A stretch of DNA of 64,000 nt from Vicinamibacteria bacterium (lineage in GTDB: Bacteria > Acidobacteriota > Vicinamibacteria > Marinacidobacterales > Marinacidobacteraceae): the NCBI GenBank assembly GCA_963668695.2, contig CAXXLQ010000004.1, positions 3,104,001 to 3,168,000 of the forward strand, read 5' to 3'. Below, piece after piece: positions 9,249-20,230 of this stretch; within the stretch, counting starts at the first letter, position 1; each line of letters starts with the position of its first letter. The translations under genes and the position numbers were made by a program. The notes below the pieces were generated by a model. It was not told where the DNA came from and did not search any database. It saw nothing but the letters and a program-made list of their open reading frames with translations.

Positions 9249-12200
9249 TTAGCGGGCGAAAGAAGGCGGCAACTTTCCATCGAGGCGCACACTGTCCGGC
9301 CCCAGGAGTTCGGTCGCGGCTCGCGCCAGACTGCGGCAGGCGTGAACCGGAGTCGCCGTCTCCAGGATGAATTCGACCCCGGGAACGCGCAGCCTGAGCA
9401 GCAGAGGTTTCTCGCCAGGATGATGCGCGAGCAGATCCTGCAACGGAGCCTCCGTGTTCTCCGGCTCGGTCACCGACAGTTCCACCCGGCGGGCGAGTCG
9501 GAACGGCGCCTCGTCGGCGAGCAGGACTTCGGAAGCGACCAACTCGCCCCTCTGGGGGCCGCGGCCGCTCCCTCCAGATCCGCCGGTCTCGCTCTTGAAC
9601 CGCCCTCGTACGACGACCACCGGCTCGCTCTCCAGAGGGGGACACGTCTCCCACAGGTCCGGGAACACCACCACCCCGATCGCCCCCGTTTCGTCTTCAA
9701 GGGTGAAGTTACCCATCGGGCGGCCCGCCCTGGTGGTCCGCTTCCGCAGTTCGCGCACGAGTCCGACGACCCCGACCTCCGCCTTGTCTCCGGCCTTTAG
9801 CGCCGCCTCGACCGGACCGGTGACCACGGTTCCCAGTTCGGCGCGGTATTCGGTTGCCGGATGTCCTTCCCAGTAGAAGCCGAGCGCCTCGCGTTCACGC
9901 CGCAGCCGCTCCGCATCACTCCACGGCGGAGCGTCAGGAAAGACGTCAACGGAGGTTTCATTCGCGCTCCCGAAGAGGGACTGGACCCCGGCGTCCTTCC
10001 GGCCGCGAGCGCGATTGGCCGCTCCCATGGCCCCCGGGATCGCCGGGAGAATCCGCCAGCGCGGAACCTTCAGGAAATCGAGTGCCCCGGCGCAACAGAG
10101 TGCCTCTACGACTCCCCGGTTGAGAGCTTTCGGCGCCACAACCTCGAGAAGATGGTGCAGCGACTCGAACTCGCCGTATTCGCGCCGCGCGCGTTCGATT
10201 TCCCGCGCGGCTCGATTGCCAACCTGCTTGACCGCCTCCAGGCCCCAGCGGACCCCCTGCCCCTCCACGAGAGCCTCCGCACCGCTGTGCTGAACGCTGG
10301 GTGGAAGCACGGCAATCCCCGCGGCCTCGGCGCCATTCCGGATACGCGCGATCCTCTCGTCCTTGTCTCCCGACCGGTGTTGCGCGGTGAGCAGCGAAGC
10401 GAGGAAGTGCAACGGGAAGTGGGTCTTGAGCCAGCCCGCCACGTATGCCACGAGCGCATATCCCACGGCATGAGAACGGTTGAACCCGTAGCCGGCGAAC
10501 TTCGCTATCTGCTGGAACGTCTCCTCGGCGACCCGGCGGGCCAGACCGCCCGCCACGGCTCCCTCGACGAAGCGCCCTTCCTCGCGGCGCATCACTTCCG
10601 GGTCTTTCTTGCCCATCGCCTTTCGCAGAATGTCCGCCTGACCGAGCGAAAACCCGGCCAACTGCTGCGCCACCAGCATGACCTGTTCCTGGTAGACGAT
10701 CAGCCCCCGGGTTTGTGGAAAAAGAGCGCGCACGCGCGGATCCAGCTTGCCCGACAACCCGCCCTTCTTCTTGGCCGCAACAAAGTCATTCGCCATGCCG
10801 CTCTCGAGGGGGCCGGGTCGGTACAACGCGTTGAGCGCCGCCAGATCGTCCAGGGTTTCCGGTTTGTAGCTGGAGAGCAGCTCGCGCATCCCGCGGCTTT
10901 CGAACTGGAAGATGCCGTCGGTGTCCGCCCGCCCAAACAGCAAGAAGGTCTGGCGATCCCGCGGCACCTTTTCGAACCGGCCCGCGCGAATGTGTTCGAG
11001 CGCCGCCGTTTCCTCGGGCGTGCGGGCAGTGCTGTCGTCTTCCTGCACCCGCCGCGCGCAGTCATCGATCTGCGTAAGGCTTCGCAGTCCGAGGAAATCC
11101 ATCTTGAAGAGCCCGGCTTTCTCGCAGTCCTTCATGTCCCACTGGGTGCGGCGGCGAACGGTCACCTCCCTGCCTGAATCGGTTCCGTTCCGGCCGGATC
11201 CCGGGCCCTTGGTCTCCACGTCGCGGTAGAGGGGCAAGATCTCCTCGAGTGGTCCCGGGGCGATGACCACCCCGGCGGCATGGGTCCCGATGTTCCGTGG
11301 CAAACCCTCGAGCCGTTCCGCCAGTTCGAAAAGACGGGCGGTCTCCGGCGCCTGCTTCGCTTCACGGAGTTCCGGAACGCTCTCCACGGCCTGCGCGAGG
11401 CCCATGCCCTCGGGGATCAGCTTTGCGATGCGGTCCACCTGGGGCGGCGGCAACTCCAGCATCCGGCCCACATCGCGGACCACCAGCTTGGCCTGCATGG
11501 TCCCGAAGGTCATGATCTGCGCCACCCGGTCGCTGCCGTACGTCGCGGCCACATAGTCGAGCACCTCCTCGCGCCGAAATTCGCAGAAATCGATATCGAT
11601 GTCCGGCGGGCTCACCCGTTCCGGATTCAGGAAGCGCTCAAACAGGAGGCCATGCGCGAGGGGATCGATATCGGTAATGCCCAGCGCGTAAGCGACCAGG
11701 CTGCCCGCGGCCGATCCCCGGCCCGGTCCCACCGGAATCCGGCGGTCCCGGGCGTAGCGGACGAAGTCCTGCACGATGAGGAAGTACGCGGAATACCCGG
11801 TCCGCCGGATCACCTCCAGCTCCCTCGTGAGCCGGTCGTCATAGTCAGACCGGGTGGGGCGAATCCCGTGGACCTCCGGCGATTCGAGGCGCCAGGACAG
11901 CCCCCGGCGCGCACTCTCCTCCAGGTATCCGTCCAGGTTCTTTCCCTCGGGCACTTCGAAGCGCGGGAGCAGGTTTCCTTCTTCGACAACGTCGAAATCC
12001 TCAATTTGCTCGGCGATTTCGAGGGTGTTCCGGTAAGCGTCGGGGCAGCCTTCGAAAACGGTTTCCATTTGTTCCGACGTCTTGAAGAAGAACTGATCCG
12101 AATGGAACTTCAGCCGTCGCGGGTCGCTTACCGGACGGTTCACGCTGATGCACAGCCGCATATCGTGCGCTTCGGCGTCTTCCGGCGACGAGTAGTGAGA

Positions 12201-12926
12201 ATCGTTCGTGCCGACCAAAGGAATTCCGGTCTTCTTCGAAACCTCGATCACTCCGTCGCGTATTCGCCGCTCCAGGTCGGAGAGGCGTGTCCCCTCGGGC
12301 TCCGCCCCCCCCGGCGGGGTGTGGTCCATGATCTCGAGGTAGTAGTTGCCCTTGCCAAAAACCTCTTGGTAGCGGCCGGCCCACTCGACGGGGTCCCCGC
12401 CGGTGATCACCTCCCGCGGCACGATTCCCTTGGGACAGGCCGAAAGTGCGATCAGCCCCTCGTGATGCTGCTCGAGGAGACCGAAATCCATCCGCGGCTT
12501 GAAGTAGTAGCCCTCGTGGTGCGCCATCGAACTGAGCCGCATGAGGTTCCGGAAGCCCGTCCGGTTCTTCGCCAGCAGGACCAGGTGCTGATTCTCGGAA
12601 TCGGGATTTCGTTCGCGCCGATCTCCCGGGGCGACGTACGCCTCGCAGCCCAGGATGGGTTTGACTCCCGCCTCGCGGGCCGCCCGGTGAAACTTGAGAG
12701 CTCCAAAGAGATTGCCGTGGTCGGTGATCGCCACCGCCGGCATCCGGTCCCGCACCGCCATCCGGGTGACCTCGGAAAGCCGGCTCATGCCGTCAAGCAG
12801 CGAATACTCGGTGTGGGTGTGGAGGTGCACGAAGGGACGGCGCGGTCCCCTGCCCCCCGCGAAGGCGTCGCTCAACGGAGCTTCATTCCCACTCGATGGT
12901 GCCGGGCGGCTTGGAAGTGATGTCAA
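9249..12926 (-). CDS. dnaE: DNA polymerase III alpha subunit (start may be the TTG at 12875)
   Basis: PHP motif FVHLHTHTEYSLLDG, GPGRGSAAGS, PDIDIDF, KMDFLGL, YGFNRSH, C-terminal OB fold. Confidence 0.97.
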   Translation of the reverse strand: MTSLPSRPAPSSGNEAPLSDAFAGGRGPRRPFVHLHTHTEYSLLDGMSRLSEVTRMAVRDRMPAVAITDHGNLFGALKFHRAAREAGVKPILGCEAYVAPGDRRERNPDSENQHLVLLAKNRTGFRNLMRLSSMAHHEGYYFKPRMDFGLLEQHHEGLIALSACPKGIVPREVITGGDPVEWAGRYQEVFGKGNYYLEIMDHTPPGGAEPEGTRLSDLERRIRDGVIEVSKKTGIPLVGTNDSHYSSPEDAEAHDMRLCISVNRPVSDPRRLKFHSDQFFFKTSEQMETVFEGCPDAYRNTLEIAEQIEDFDVVEEGNLLPRFEVPEGKNLDGYLEESARRGLSWRLESPEVHGIRPTRSDYDDRLTRELEVIRRTGYSAYFLIVQDFVRYARDRRIPVGPGRGSAAGSLVAYALGITDIDPLAHGLLFERFLNPERVSPPDIDIDFCEFRREEVLDYVAATYGSDRVAQIMTFGTMQAKLVVRDVGRMLELPPPQVDRIAKLIPEGMGLAQAVESVPELREAKQAPETARLFELAERLEGLPRNIGTHAAGVVIAPGPLEEILPLYRDVETKGPGSGRNGTDSGREVTVRRRTQWDMKDCEKAGLFKMDFLGLRSLTQIDDCARRVQEDDSTARTPEETAALEHIRAGRFEKVPRDRQTFLLFGRADTDGIFQFESRGMRELLSSYKPETLDDLAALNALYRPGPLESGMANDFVAAKKKGGLSGKLDPRVRALFPQTRGLIVYQEQVMLVAQQLAGFSLGQADILRKAMGKKDPEVMRREEGRFVEGAVAGGLARRVAEETFQQIAKFAGYGFNRSHAVGYALVAYVAGWLKTHFPLHFLASLLTAQHRSGDKDERIARIRNGAEAAGIAVLPPSVQHSGAEALVEGQGVRWGLEAVKQVGNRAAREIERARREYGEFESLHHLLEVVAPKALNRGVVEALCCAGALDFLKVPRWRILPAIPGAMGAANRARGRKDAGVQSLFGSANETSVDVFPDAPPWSDAERLRREREALGFYWEGHPATEYRAELGTVVTGPVEAALKAGDKAEVGVVGLVRELRKRTTRAGRPMGNFTLEDETGAIGVVVFPDLWETCPPLESEPVVVVRGRFKSETGGSGGSGRGPQRGELVASEVLLADEAPFRLARRVELSVTEPENTEAPLQDLLAHHPGEKPLLLRLRVPGVEFILETATPVHACRSLARAATELLGPDSVRLDGKLPPSFAR

Positions 12927-14424
12927 GCACTACCCGGTTCACACCCCGCACCTCACCGGTAATTCGGTTGGAGACCCGGACCAGCAACTCGTGGGGCAGC
13001 GCCGCCCAGTCGGCGGTCATGCCATCCCGACTCTCCACCACGCGGATGGCTGCTACCCGCTCGTAGGTCCGCGCGTCTCCCATGACGCCCACCGTTCGAA
13101 GCGGCAGCAGGACCACGAACGCCTGCCAAATCCGGTCGTAGTAACCCGCAGCCCGGATTTCCTCCTCGAGAACGGCGTCCGCTTCGCGCAGGACTTCAAG
13201 ACCGGACTCCTCGACCGATCCCAGCATTCGAACGGCCAGTCCGGGACCCGGGAACGGATGACGGTTCACAAGTCCTTCCGGAGCCCCCAACTGGCGCCCC
13301 AGCACCCGGACTTCGTCCTTGAAGAGTTCGCGTAGCGGTTCGATCAGCCGGAGCCGCATCCGCTTCGGCAGGCCGCCCACATTGTGGTGGCTCTTGATCA
13401 CCGCTGAGGGACCCTTCACCGAAACGCTCTCGATGACATCCGGGTAGAGCGTCCCCTGCGCCAGAAAGCGCACCTCCGGGATGTCCCGGGATGCTTCCTC
13501 GAAGACCCGAATGAACTCGCGCCCGATGATCTTCCGTTTGCGCTCCGGATCGCGCACTCCCTTCAGCCGCGCGAGAAAACGCTCCGAGGCGTCCACGACC
13601 TGGAGCGGAATCCCGAGCCCTTCCTCGAAGTCGGATCGGGCCCTTTCGGCCTCCCCTTTCCGGAGTACCCCGTTATCCACAAGGATGCAGTGGAGCCGGT
13701 CTCCGACCGCCCGGTGGACAAGCATGGCGGTGACCGTTGAGTCCACTCCGCCCGAAGCTCCGCAGACCACCTGTCCGTCTCCCACCTGAGCCCGGATCGC
13801 GGCCACCGTGCGCGCCGCGTGGGACCGGGGCGACCATCCGCCCCGGGCCCCACACACCTCGAACGCGAAATTCCTCAGAATCGCGGTGCCGTGCTCGGTG
13901 TGCACGACTTCGGGATGGAACTGCACCCCGTAGAGCCGGCGGTGGGGGTTTTCGAACGCGGCTATACGCGCCTGCCCGGTTCCCGCGGTGCGACGGAAAC
14001 CGTCCGGTAGCGCGTGGACGAGGTCTCCGTGGCTGGCCCAGGCTCGAAACCGTTCGGGCACCCCGGCGAAAAGACGCCCGCTCCCATCGTGCCCAACCTC
14101 CGCGGGACCGTACGAGCGGCGGGGTGCCGGCCGGACGTCTCCGCCGCTTTCCCGCGCGAGCAGCTGCATCCCGTAGCAGACCCCAAGTACGGGAACCGGT
14201 GGGGCGAGAACGCCGCGGGGGGCGGCCGGCGCGCCATCGCCATAGACGCTCTCCGGCCCCCCGGAAAGGATCACTCCTATCGGATTCCGTTCCCAGATAT
14301 CGTGGTCGGGGGTCGTACAGGGAAGGATCTCGCAATACACCCCCATTTCGCGGAGACGCCGGGCAATCAGCTGCGTGTACTGCGAGCCGAAATCAAGGAC
14401 GAGGAGGGATTCCGCCGGGTCCAT
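12883..14424 (-). CDS. guaA: GMP synthase (glutamine-hydrolysing)
   Basis: LDFGSQYTQLI, GVCYGMQ, QFHPEV, SGGVDS, KSHHNVGG, KPPGTIEWE; ATG at 14424. Confidence 0.97.
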   Translation of the reverse strand: MDPAESLLVLDFGSQYTQLIARRLREMGVYCEILPCTTPDHDIWERNPIGVILSGGPESVYGDGAPAAPRGVLAPPVPVLGVCYGMQLLARESGGDVRPAPRRSYGPAEVGHDGSGRLFAGVPERFRAWASHGDLVHALPDGFRRTAGTGQARIAAFENPHRRLYGVQFHPEVVHTEHGTAILRNFAFEVCGARGGWSPRSHAARTVAAIRAQVGDGQVVCGASGGVDSTVTAMLVHRAVGDRLHCILVDNGVLRKGEAERARSDFEEGLGIPLQVVDASERFLARLKGVRDPERKRKIIGREFIRVFEEASRDIPEVRFLAQGTLYPDVIESVSVKGPSAVIKSHHNVGGLPKRMRLRLIEPLRELFKDEVRVLGRQLGAPEGLVNRHPFPGPGLAVRMLGSVEESGLEVLREADAVLEEEIRAAGYYDRIWQAFVVLLPLRTVGVMGDARTYERVAAIRVVESRDGMTADWAALPHELLVRVSNRITGEVRGVNRVVLDITSKPPGTIEWE

Positions 14425-14516
14425 CACAGAAGATTGGCCCCGGCCGGCGTTCCTTGTCCAGCGCGCGCTCGACGGCGATCGGCGGTGCGCGCGTTCCGCC
14501 CGCTTTCGGCGGGCAA

Positions 14517-14541
14517 TGCCGGTCTGAAGACCGGCGTTCCC
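14517..14541. repeat. REP-like hairpin, family D (no 18-nt unit)
   Basis: TGCCGGTC-TGAA-GACCGGCGTTCCC; related copies at 33158, 43805, 47959 and split around the IS. Confidence 0.6.
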
Positions 14542-14701
14542 AAGGGACGCACCATCCGCTCGAATTGTAAGCGTGCGCGCTCTCTTCGCCGCGGCGGTTT
14601 GGCCGGACTCCGCCCCTTTTTGCCGACGCCTGCCCCGTTCGGGCCGGCGCCTGCGGCAGCCCCTTCCCGGGGATCCGTGAGCTGGCGCGCTTCGCGTCCG
14701 A

Positions 14702-16150
14702 TCAGGGCCCCCCGCGACTCGCCCGGGGACCAAAGACCGCGAGGCGACCGTCGCGGAGGCCCAAAAAGAGGCGCCGGTCACGCCATCCATCTTCTCTTGC
14801 CGCATCTCCCCGCTGGCGTACCACTCCCAGGACTTCGACGCCCAGGTCATGCGGGCGGCCGATCCGCGCGCCGGTCTCCGCATTCAACTCCACGAGCAAC
14901 CCGTCCTGGGTCACGACCAGGACGGCACCGGCGATTCGGAGCGGCGGGGCCGCCGGCCGGCCCGGCAGCGCAGTGCGCCATCGTTCCCCACCGCGTTTGG
15001 CGTCGAAGCAGTAAAGGCTGTTCGCCTTGGTGGCCGCGTACAGGCGCCCGCGGCTCAGCAGCGGCGGATGATGGAAGCCCTCGGCCAGCCGCCAGCGCCA
15101 ACGCGGCTTGCCCGAATCCAGATCCACCGCGGTGAGATCGCCGCCTTCATCTCCGAAAATCGCGAGCCTCTCCTCAGAAAGCGCGAGCACCGGCCCAGTC
15201 ACCGGTCCCGCACCCTCGGCATGCCAGCGGAGGGCGCCCGAGGTCGTTCCTCCCGAGGGGGACACCGCGGCGACTCCGCCGCTCCCGAGGGAAACCAACA
15301 AGAGCGGCGGGACGTTTCCCGCGGATTCCGCCGTAGCCGACGCTGCCGCCACCACGCTGGCGGCTTCTCCGTCCGGTAGCGCGACCTCGACAACGGCGTT
15401 CCCCGCGGGAACCCGATATCCGTGGAGAGTCCCCGCCGAAACCCAATAGAGCACCCCGCCGAACAGCGTCGCCGCCGCCGGACCACGCCCCGCCCCGGGC
15501 CCCGCCCCGGCAACCATTCCCGCGTCCGGTTTGAGCCCCGTCGAGAATCCTCCCACCCGGACACCGTCCGCGAACCGGCGCAGCGTCACGTCACCGCGCT
15601 CGTCGAGGAGCACCACGCTTCCCGAATCCTGGGCCACAAACGTCGCGTCCGCCCCCGGCAAGCCCCAGCGGGTCGCCTCTCCGTCTCGCTCGTAGGCAAT
15701 GACCTCACCGCCGGCCATATGGAGGAGGAATCCGTCCTCTGCGAAGACCATCCCGACGATGGCGGCTCCGGGAACGGGAGCCGGAGCAGCCAGCAGTCCA
15801 CCGGGGAGAATTCCCACGGGCGCGGTGGCTACCTCCGGAGCACGGCGCGCTGATTCCTCGCTCTCGCCCTCCGTTTCTTCATCCGCGCCCTCTGATGCTT
15901 CACCGGTGGCTTCCTCGCCGGCTGGCCCGGTCGCGGCGGTTTCGTCCGTGAGTGGAGGCTCTTCGGCCGGAGGCTGAGCCACCTCGCCCGTCTCTTCTTC
16001 CTCACCGGGCGGCCGCTCGGGCGGTTGGTCTGGATCCTCCGGAATCTCGTCTCCGGAGAGAGGCCCCGCATCCGAGCGCGCGACAGTCGGGATCACCAGC
16101 AAAAGACAGCTCAGCAGGCCGACAGCCCCAAAAAGAGTTCGGGTTGCCAC
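14702..16150 (-). CDS. Secreted PQQ-like beta-propeller repeat protein (BamB-like)
   Basis: Signal peptide, acidic linker, Trp-docking repeats (AVDLDSGKPRW, CFDAKRGGERW). Confidence 0.78.
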   Translation of the reverse strand: MATRTLFGAVGLLSCLLLVIPTVARSDAGPLSGDEIPEDPDQPPERPPGEEEETGEVAQPPAEEPPLTDETAATGPAGEEATGEASEGADEETEGESEESARRAPEVATAPVGILPGGLLAAPAPVPGAAIVGMVFAEDGFLLHMAGGEVIAYERDGEATRWGLPGADATFVAQDSGSVVLLDERGDVTLRRFADGVRVGGFSTGLKPDAGMVAGAGPGAGRGPAAATLFGGVLYWVSAGTLHGYRVPAGNAVVEVALPDGEAASVVAAASATAESAGNVPPLLLVSLGSGGVAAVSPSGGTTSGALRWHAEGAGPVTGPVLALSEERLAIFGDEGGDLTAVDLDSGKPRWRWRLAEGFHHPPLLSRGRLYAATKANSLYCFDAKRGGERWRTALPGRPAAPPLRIAGAVLVVTQDGLLVELNAETGARIGRPHDLGVEVLGVVRQRGDAAREDGWRDRRLFLGLRDGRLAVFGPRASRGGP

Positions 16151-16267
16151 GGGGTTTCGACGGGGACTCTCTCGTACCTTGTCTGAGCGCTCGCGTGACC
16201 TCGTCCCGGCGGCCGGCGCCGGAGCGCCATCCCGGAGGAACCGGGCGAACCTTTACCCTAGCAGTTC

Positions 16268-19200
16268 GTGAACAGAGTCCCGCGAATGCGTCGTCTGCCG
16301 CCGCTCGTGGTCGCCGTGGGGGCTTTCCTGTTCTTCGCGGCCGCGCTGTACGACGTGGCGCACCGTTTCGGCATGTTGCCGAGCGCGGTACATGCCACCC
16401 TGACCGTGGGGTCCGGCCTGGTATTGCTTGTCGTCCTCATCCGGCGCGATCTCCTCCCGCCCGACGGGCGGTGGATCGTGGCGGCGCTCTCCGGGGCAGC
16501 CCTGGTGGCTCTTTGTTGCCGGATCCCCCTGAGTCGAACCATTACCGCCGGGCCCGAATCCGCTTCGCGGGCTGCGGACCGCGTCGATGCCTTTCTCGCC
16601 GACCTCACCAGGGAAGTCGGCGACGCGGCCTATCTGGTCGCCAGAACCGCTCCCGTAGGTGCCGCGCTCGAGGGTTCCGACGCCGGCGACAGAGAAGCCG
16701 AGGCGTTCCGGGCGCTCGCTGGCTGGGCGCTCCCTGACACCATGATCGGGCAAGGTGGGGCGACGCTCTACGACCGGCAACTGCGGCCGGTCGCCTGGTC
16801 CGGGGGAAACCCGGACTTCGAGGATGCTCTCGCCGAGGCCTTTCCCGAAGGAGTTCGTGCGGAGAACTGCCCGGATCCCGCCTTCCCGCTCTTCGTGTTT
16901 AGCGAGGGCGGGCGACGCAGCTACCTCGCCGCGGCGGAATGCACCCGGAATCTTCTCGGGGTCGTGACGGTGGAAATCCCCATCCGGGAGGCGTCTCCGC
17001 CGTCTTCCGGCGCGGCGCCGGTTTCCGCGTTGGAAGCCGCCGCCGGTCGCGGGCTCGAAACCCAGTTTCTGGACGGCGCCGAAGATCTCCAGGCTCTGGC
17101 CCAGCTCTTCGAGCGGCGCGGGGACCGGTTCCTGGACGGCGCGGCAGATTCCGAGCGCTACTACTTCGCCCTGAGGGCCTACGACGGTCAGCTGCTGGGA
17201 GCCGCCAGCACCTCGGTGGCGCCGATCGCGGCGCGCCGCGCGGAACGCGAGACCGAGGCCGCGCTGTTCGCGACCCTCGCGCTGCTGGGAGGAGCGCTCA
17301 TCGCTCTACCTTGCCTGTGGCGGTTCGGGGGCCTCGGCGCATTGGCGGCCATCTGGACATTGAGGTTCAGCCTCTCGGAGCTACTCGCCACCCTACCCGC
17401 CCAACCCGGCGGACCTCTTTCGGCTACGTTGGCCGGCCCGCCGCTTCTCCCACTTCTCGCCGATTCGCCCGTCATGGCGGTTGTGACGGCGGCGGCGCTT
17501 TTCCTGTCCGCCCGGATTGTCGGAGCTCGACTTCGGCCCGGTTCCGCCCGGAATCCAACCAGCGGTCCGCTGAGCGTGGCCCGAGGTCTCGGCGCCGGCG
17601 CCACCGCGGTAGCGGCTGCCGCTCTCGTCCGTAACGCCGGCTTCTCGGGCGGGGCGCCGCTCACCCCGACCTGGGCCGTGGACACCGGATGGCCGGAAGT
17701 TCTCGGTTGGACCGCGCTCCTGCTCAGCCTTGCCGCGCTCCTACTCGTGCTCCAGAGCTTGGTGCGGCCGAGTGGGCTGGTTCTGCTCACCGCCGCCGCG
17801 GTAGTCACCGGCTCGGTAGCGTTTCTCCCCGAGGGTTCCTTTCTGTTTGCCGGACTCCCGCTGGCCGCCGCCGCCGGATTGTCACTATCGCGTCGCGGAC
17901 GGGTGTCCCTCCGGCACCTGAGGCAGCCACTGCTTTCGCACGAACCCGGTTTTGCGTTCGTAGTCGCCTTTCTGCTCTTCGCCGTCCCTTCCGTTCTTCT
18001 CTACCCGGCCATGGTCTGGCACGAAGACAACGTCCGGCAGCGCTATGCCCTGGACGCCGCTCCGGTCCAGACCCTGCGGCACCGCTTTGCCGTCTGTCAC
18101 GCGCTCGAGGAAGCCACTCGGACTCTCGACAACCAGGCATCGGCGCTGGTGCGGCTACGCCCGGACACCGCCTATCGGCTCTGGCTCGTAACGGGGTTGC
18201 CCCGCCTGACGGTGGCCAGCGCCCTCGAAGTGCGCGGTCCGGCCGGACAGCGATCACGATTCGGAGTGGGTCTCCCGCGGCGACCCGATCCCTCCTCTTC
18301 CGCTCCGTCGCCAGCGCGCTGGAATCCAATTCCAGGGTGCCAGCTTGCTTCCGGGAGCGATGCCGTCCTCGAAACCGAGCGGCAGTTTCCCTCGGGGTTG
18401 AGCGTCACTCTACGGGTAGCGGACCGTGCATCGGAGATCCCGTTCCTGCCCCGGGCGGCCGGCATCGCCGACCATTTCCTGCTCCGGGGAGATGCCGCTC
18501 CCGCCGTCTTCTACGGAAGAGACCTGCGCCTCAGGCGCCGCCGGCCAGGGGCTCAGCAAGAGCGACCCGCCAATCGGGCTGAACTCGACATCCTCGTGCA
18601 TGGCGAGCCTTTCGTTATCTCCTGGCGACGGACCGGAGCCGGCGACCACGCCGCTGCGCTCCTCGGTTGGGGATTTCTCGCGGCACTCGTCGCACTGCTG
18701 ATAGCCGTCACCTCCCGAGTCCGAATCCTCTTTCCGGGCCGGGGAGGCCGGTTCCGGCGGCGCAGTTTCCAGATGCAATTGACGGAAACCCTGGCGGCGG
18801 CCGTGCTCGTCGCGATTCTCGGAGTCGCCGTGTTCGCGCAGCAGAGGCTCGAAACTCTCCTGCAGTCCGCCAGCGACCGGGAGGCCATTTCGCGGTCATT
18901 CTCGGTCGAGCGAGTGGCGCACGAACTCGCTGCGCTCGATCCGCTGGTTCCGCCGGAGGAACTCGCCTCGCGCCTGGCGCAGGCAGCCGACCAATTGGAT
19001 ACCGATGCGGCGCTTTACAACGGCGGAGAACTCGTGGCGGTGAGCCGCCCGGAGCTCGCACAGACCGGACTCCTCCCACCGCGCCCACCACCGGCGGCGG
19101 TTCTGCCTACCGCCGAGTCTGCCGATCCCTTCCTGAGTATCCAGGAGGCCGGTTCGCTGCGCTATCGCATCGTCTGGATTCGTCTCGACACCCCTGCCCG

Positions 19201-20230
19201 GCTGCACGGTCCCCTGCTCCTGGCCGTTCCGCTGCCTGCCGACGAGGCCGCCCGCCTGGAGGGTGTCCGCGCAATCCAGAGAACCCTGTTGATGGGGAGC
19301 GGCTCGCTCGCCCTGATCTTCGCGATCGTGGTGCCCGGCCTGCTGGCACGCCGTCTGGCCGCTCCGGTCCGCGCTCTCGCGCATGCCACGGGGCAGATCG
19401 CTGACGGCGACCTGGAGGCGCGGGTACCACTGCACGGGACCCTGACGGAGCTGAGGCTGCTCGCGGCGAGCGTGGAACGACTGGTTCGACGTATTCCGGA
19501 TGTCCGGAAACAAATGCGCGAGGAGGCGGCCGCCGACCTCGCCCGACGGGTGGCGCACGACATCAAGAACGCCCTCGCGCCGATTGGACTGGCGGCGGAC
19601 TACATTCGCCGGGTGCTGCGCGATCCGCGAGGCCGGGATCCACAGCAGGCGGTCGACGAGAGCGTCTCCGAAATTCTCGGCCAGGTGGAACGCCTCCGGC
19701 GGATTTCATCGGAGTTTTCCGCGCTGGGAGCACCTCTCCGGCTGGAGACCGCTGACGTGACGAAACTGGTCCGCGACACGATGGCCCCGTATCTCCGCTC
19801 GCACGCCGGACCTCGGATCTCTTTCTCGGGGACGCCGACTCCAGTGGCGCGCGTCGATCCTGAGATCGTGGCGCGGATCGTTGAAAACCTCATGCAGAAC
19901 GCGCTGGAGGCCACGCAGGACTCTCCGAACCTGGGGGACGAGGAGGCGGAAGTCTCCGTCAGAGTGTTCCCGGTCGAGCGTGAAACGCGGATCCGGATTG
20001 AAGTCGAGGACAACGGCCCGGGTGTCCGGACCGATCTTCGCGAACGGATTTTCGATGCCGCGTTCTCGACCAGGACGCGTGGATCGGGACTCGGACTCGC
20101 GAACGCCCGTCGTTTCGCTGAGGCCCACGGCGGAAGAGTCAGCGCCGGCCCGCGCGCGGACGACCGCTCGGGACTGTTGCTCGTTGTGGAACTGCCGGTG
20201 GACGGGCCGCGGGATAGGGAACAGGTTTGA
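16268..20230 (+). CDS. Large multi-TM HAMP-domain sensor histidine kinase (NtrY-like)
   Basis: Many TM helices, HAMP, H-box ARRVAHDIKNAL, N-box ENLMQNALEA, DNGPG, GSGLGL. Confidence 0.9.
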   Translation: MNRVPRMRRLPPLVVAVGAFLFFAAALYDVAHRFGMLPSAVHATLTVGSGLVLLVVLIRRDLLPPDGRWIVAALSGAALVALCCRIPLSRTITAGPESASRAADRVDAFLADLTREVGDAAYLVARTAPVGAALEGSDAGDREAEAFRALAGWALPDTMIGQGGATLYDRQLRPVAWSGGNPDFEDALAEAFPEGVRAENCPDPAFPLFVFSEGGRRSYLAAAECTRNLLGVVTVEIPIREASPPSSGAAPVSALEAAAGRGLETQFLDGAEDLQALAQLFERRGDRFLDGAADSERYYFALRAYDGQLLGAASTSVAPIAARRAERETEAALFATLALLGGALIALPCLWRFGGLGALAAIWTLRFSLSELLATLPAQPGGPLSATLAGPPLLPLLADSPVMAVVTAAALFLSARIVGARLRPGSARNPTSGPLSVARGLGAGATAVAAAALVRNAGFSGGAPLTPTWAVDTGWPEVLGWTALLLSLAALLLVLQSLVRPSGLVLLTAAAVVTGSVAFLPEGSFLFAGLPLAAAAGLSLSRRGRVSLRHLRQPLLSHEPGFAFVVAFLLFAVPSVLLYPAMVWHEDNVRQRYALDAAPVQTLRHRFAVCHALEEATRTLDNQASALVRLRPDTAYRLWLVTGLPRLTVASALEVRGPAGQRSRFGVGLPRRPDPSSSAPSPARWNPIPGCQLASGSDAVLETERQFPSGLSVTLRVADRASEIPFLPRAAGIADHFLLRGDAAPAVFYGRDLRLRRRRPGAQQERPANRAELDILVHGEPFVISWRRTGAGDHAAALLGWGFLAALVALLIAVTSRVRILFPGRGGRFRRRSFQMQLTETLAAAVLVAILGVAVFAQQRLETLLQSASDREAISRSFSVERVAHELAALDPLVPPEELASRLAQAADQLDTDAALYNGGELVAVSRPELAQTGLLPPRPPPAAVLPTAESADPFLSIQEAGSLRYRIVWIRLDTPARLHGPLLLAVPLPADEAARLEGVRAIQRTLLMGSGSLALIFAIVVPGLLARRLAAPVRALAHATGQIADGDLEARVPLHGTLTELRLLAASVERLVRRIPDVRKQMREEAAADLARRVAHDIKNALAPIGLAADYIRRVLRDPRGRDPQQAVDESVSEILGQVERLRRISSEFSALGAPLRLETADVTKLVRDTMAPYLRSHAGPRISFSGTPTPVARVDPEIVARIVENLMQNALEATQDSPNLGDEEAEVSVRVFPVERETRIRIEVEDNGPGVRTDLRERIFDAAFSTRTRGSGLGLANARRFAEAHGGRVSAGPRADDRSGLLLVVELPVDGPRDREQV

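Noticed and set aside
790-12920. Long antisense ORFs (e.g. 790-2418, 9861-11177, 11280-12920; also 27482-29242)
   Set aside because: Shadow ORFs opposite well-supported genes, expected from high-GC codon bias.
9249-12926. Intein in DnaE
   Set aside because: Length is normal (~1210-1225 aa). There are only short low-complexity insertions and no intein terminal or LAGLIDADG motifs.
14425-14883. N-terminal extensions of GuaA (and likewise LptB, Fmt, TsaB and the NDP-sugar synthase) as fusions
   Set aside because: The extensions are low-complexity and overlap neighbouring genes or repeats; the conserved domains begin at internal starts.
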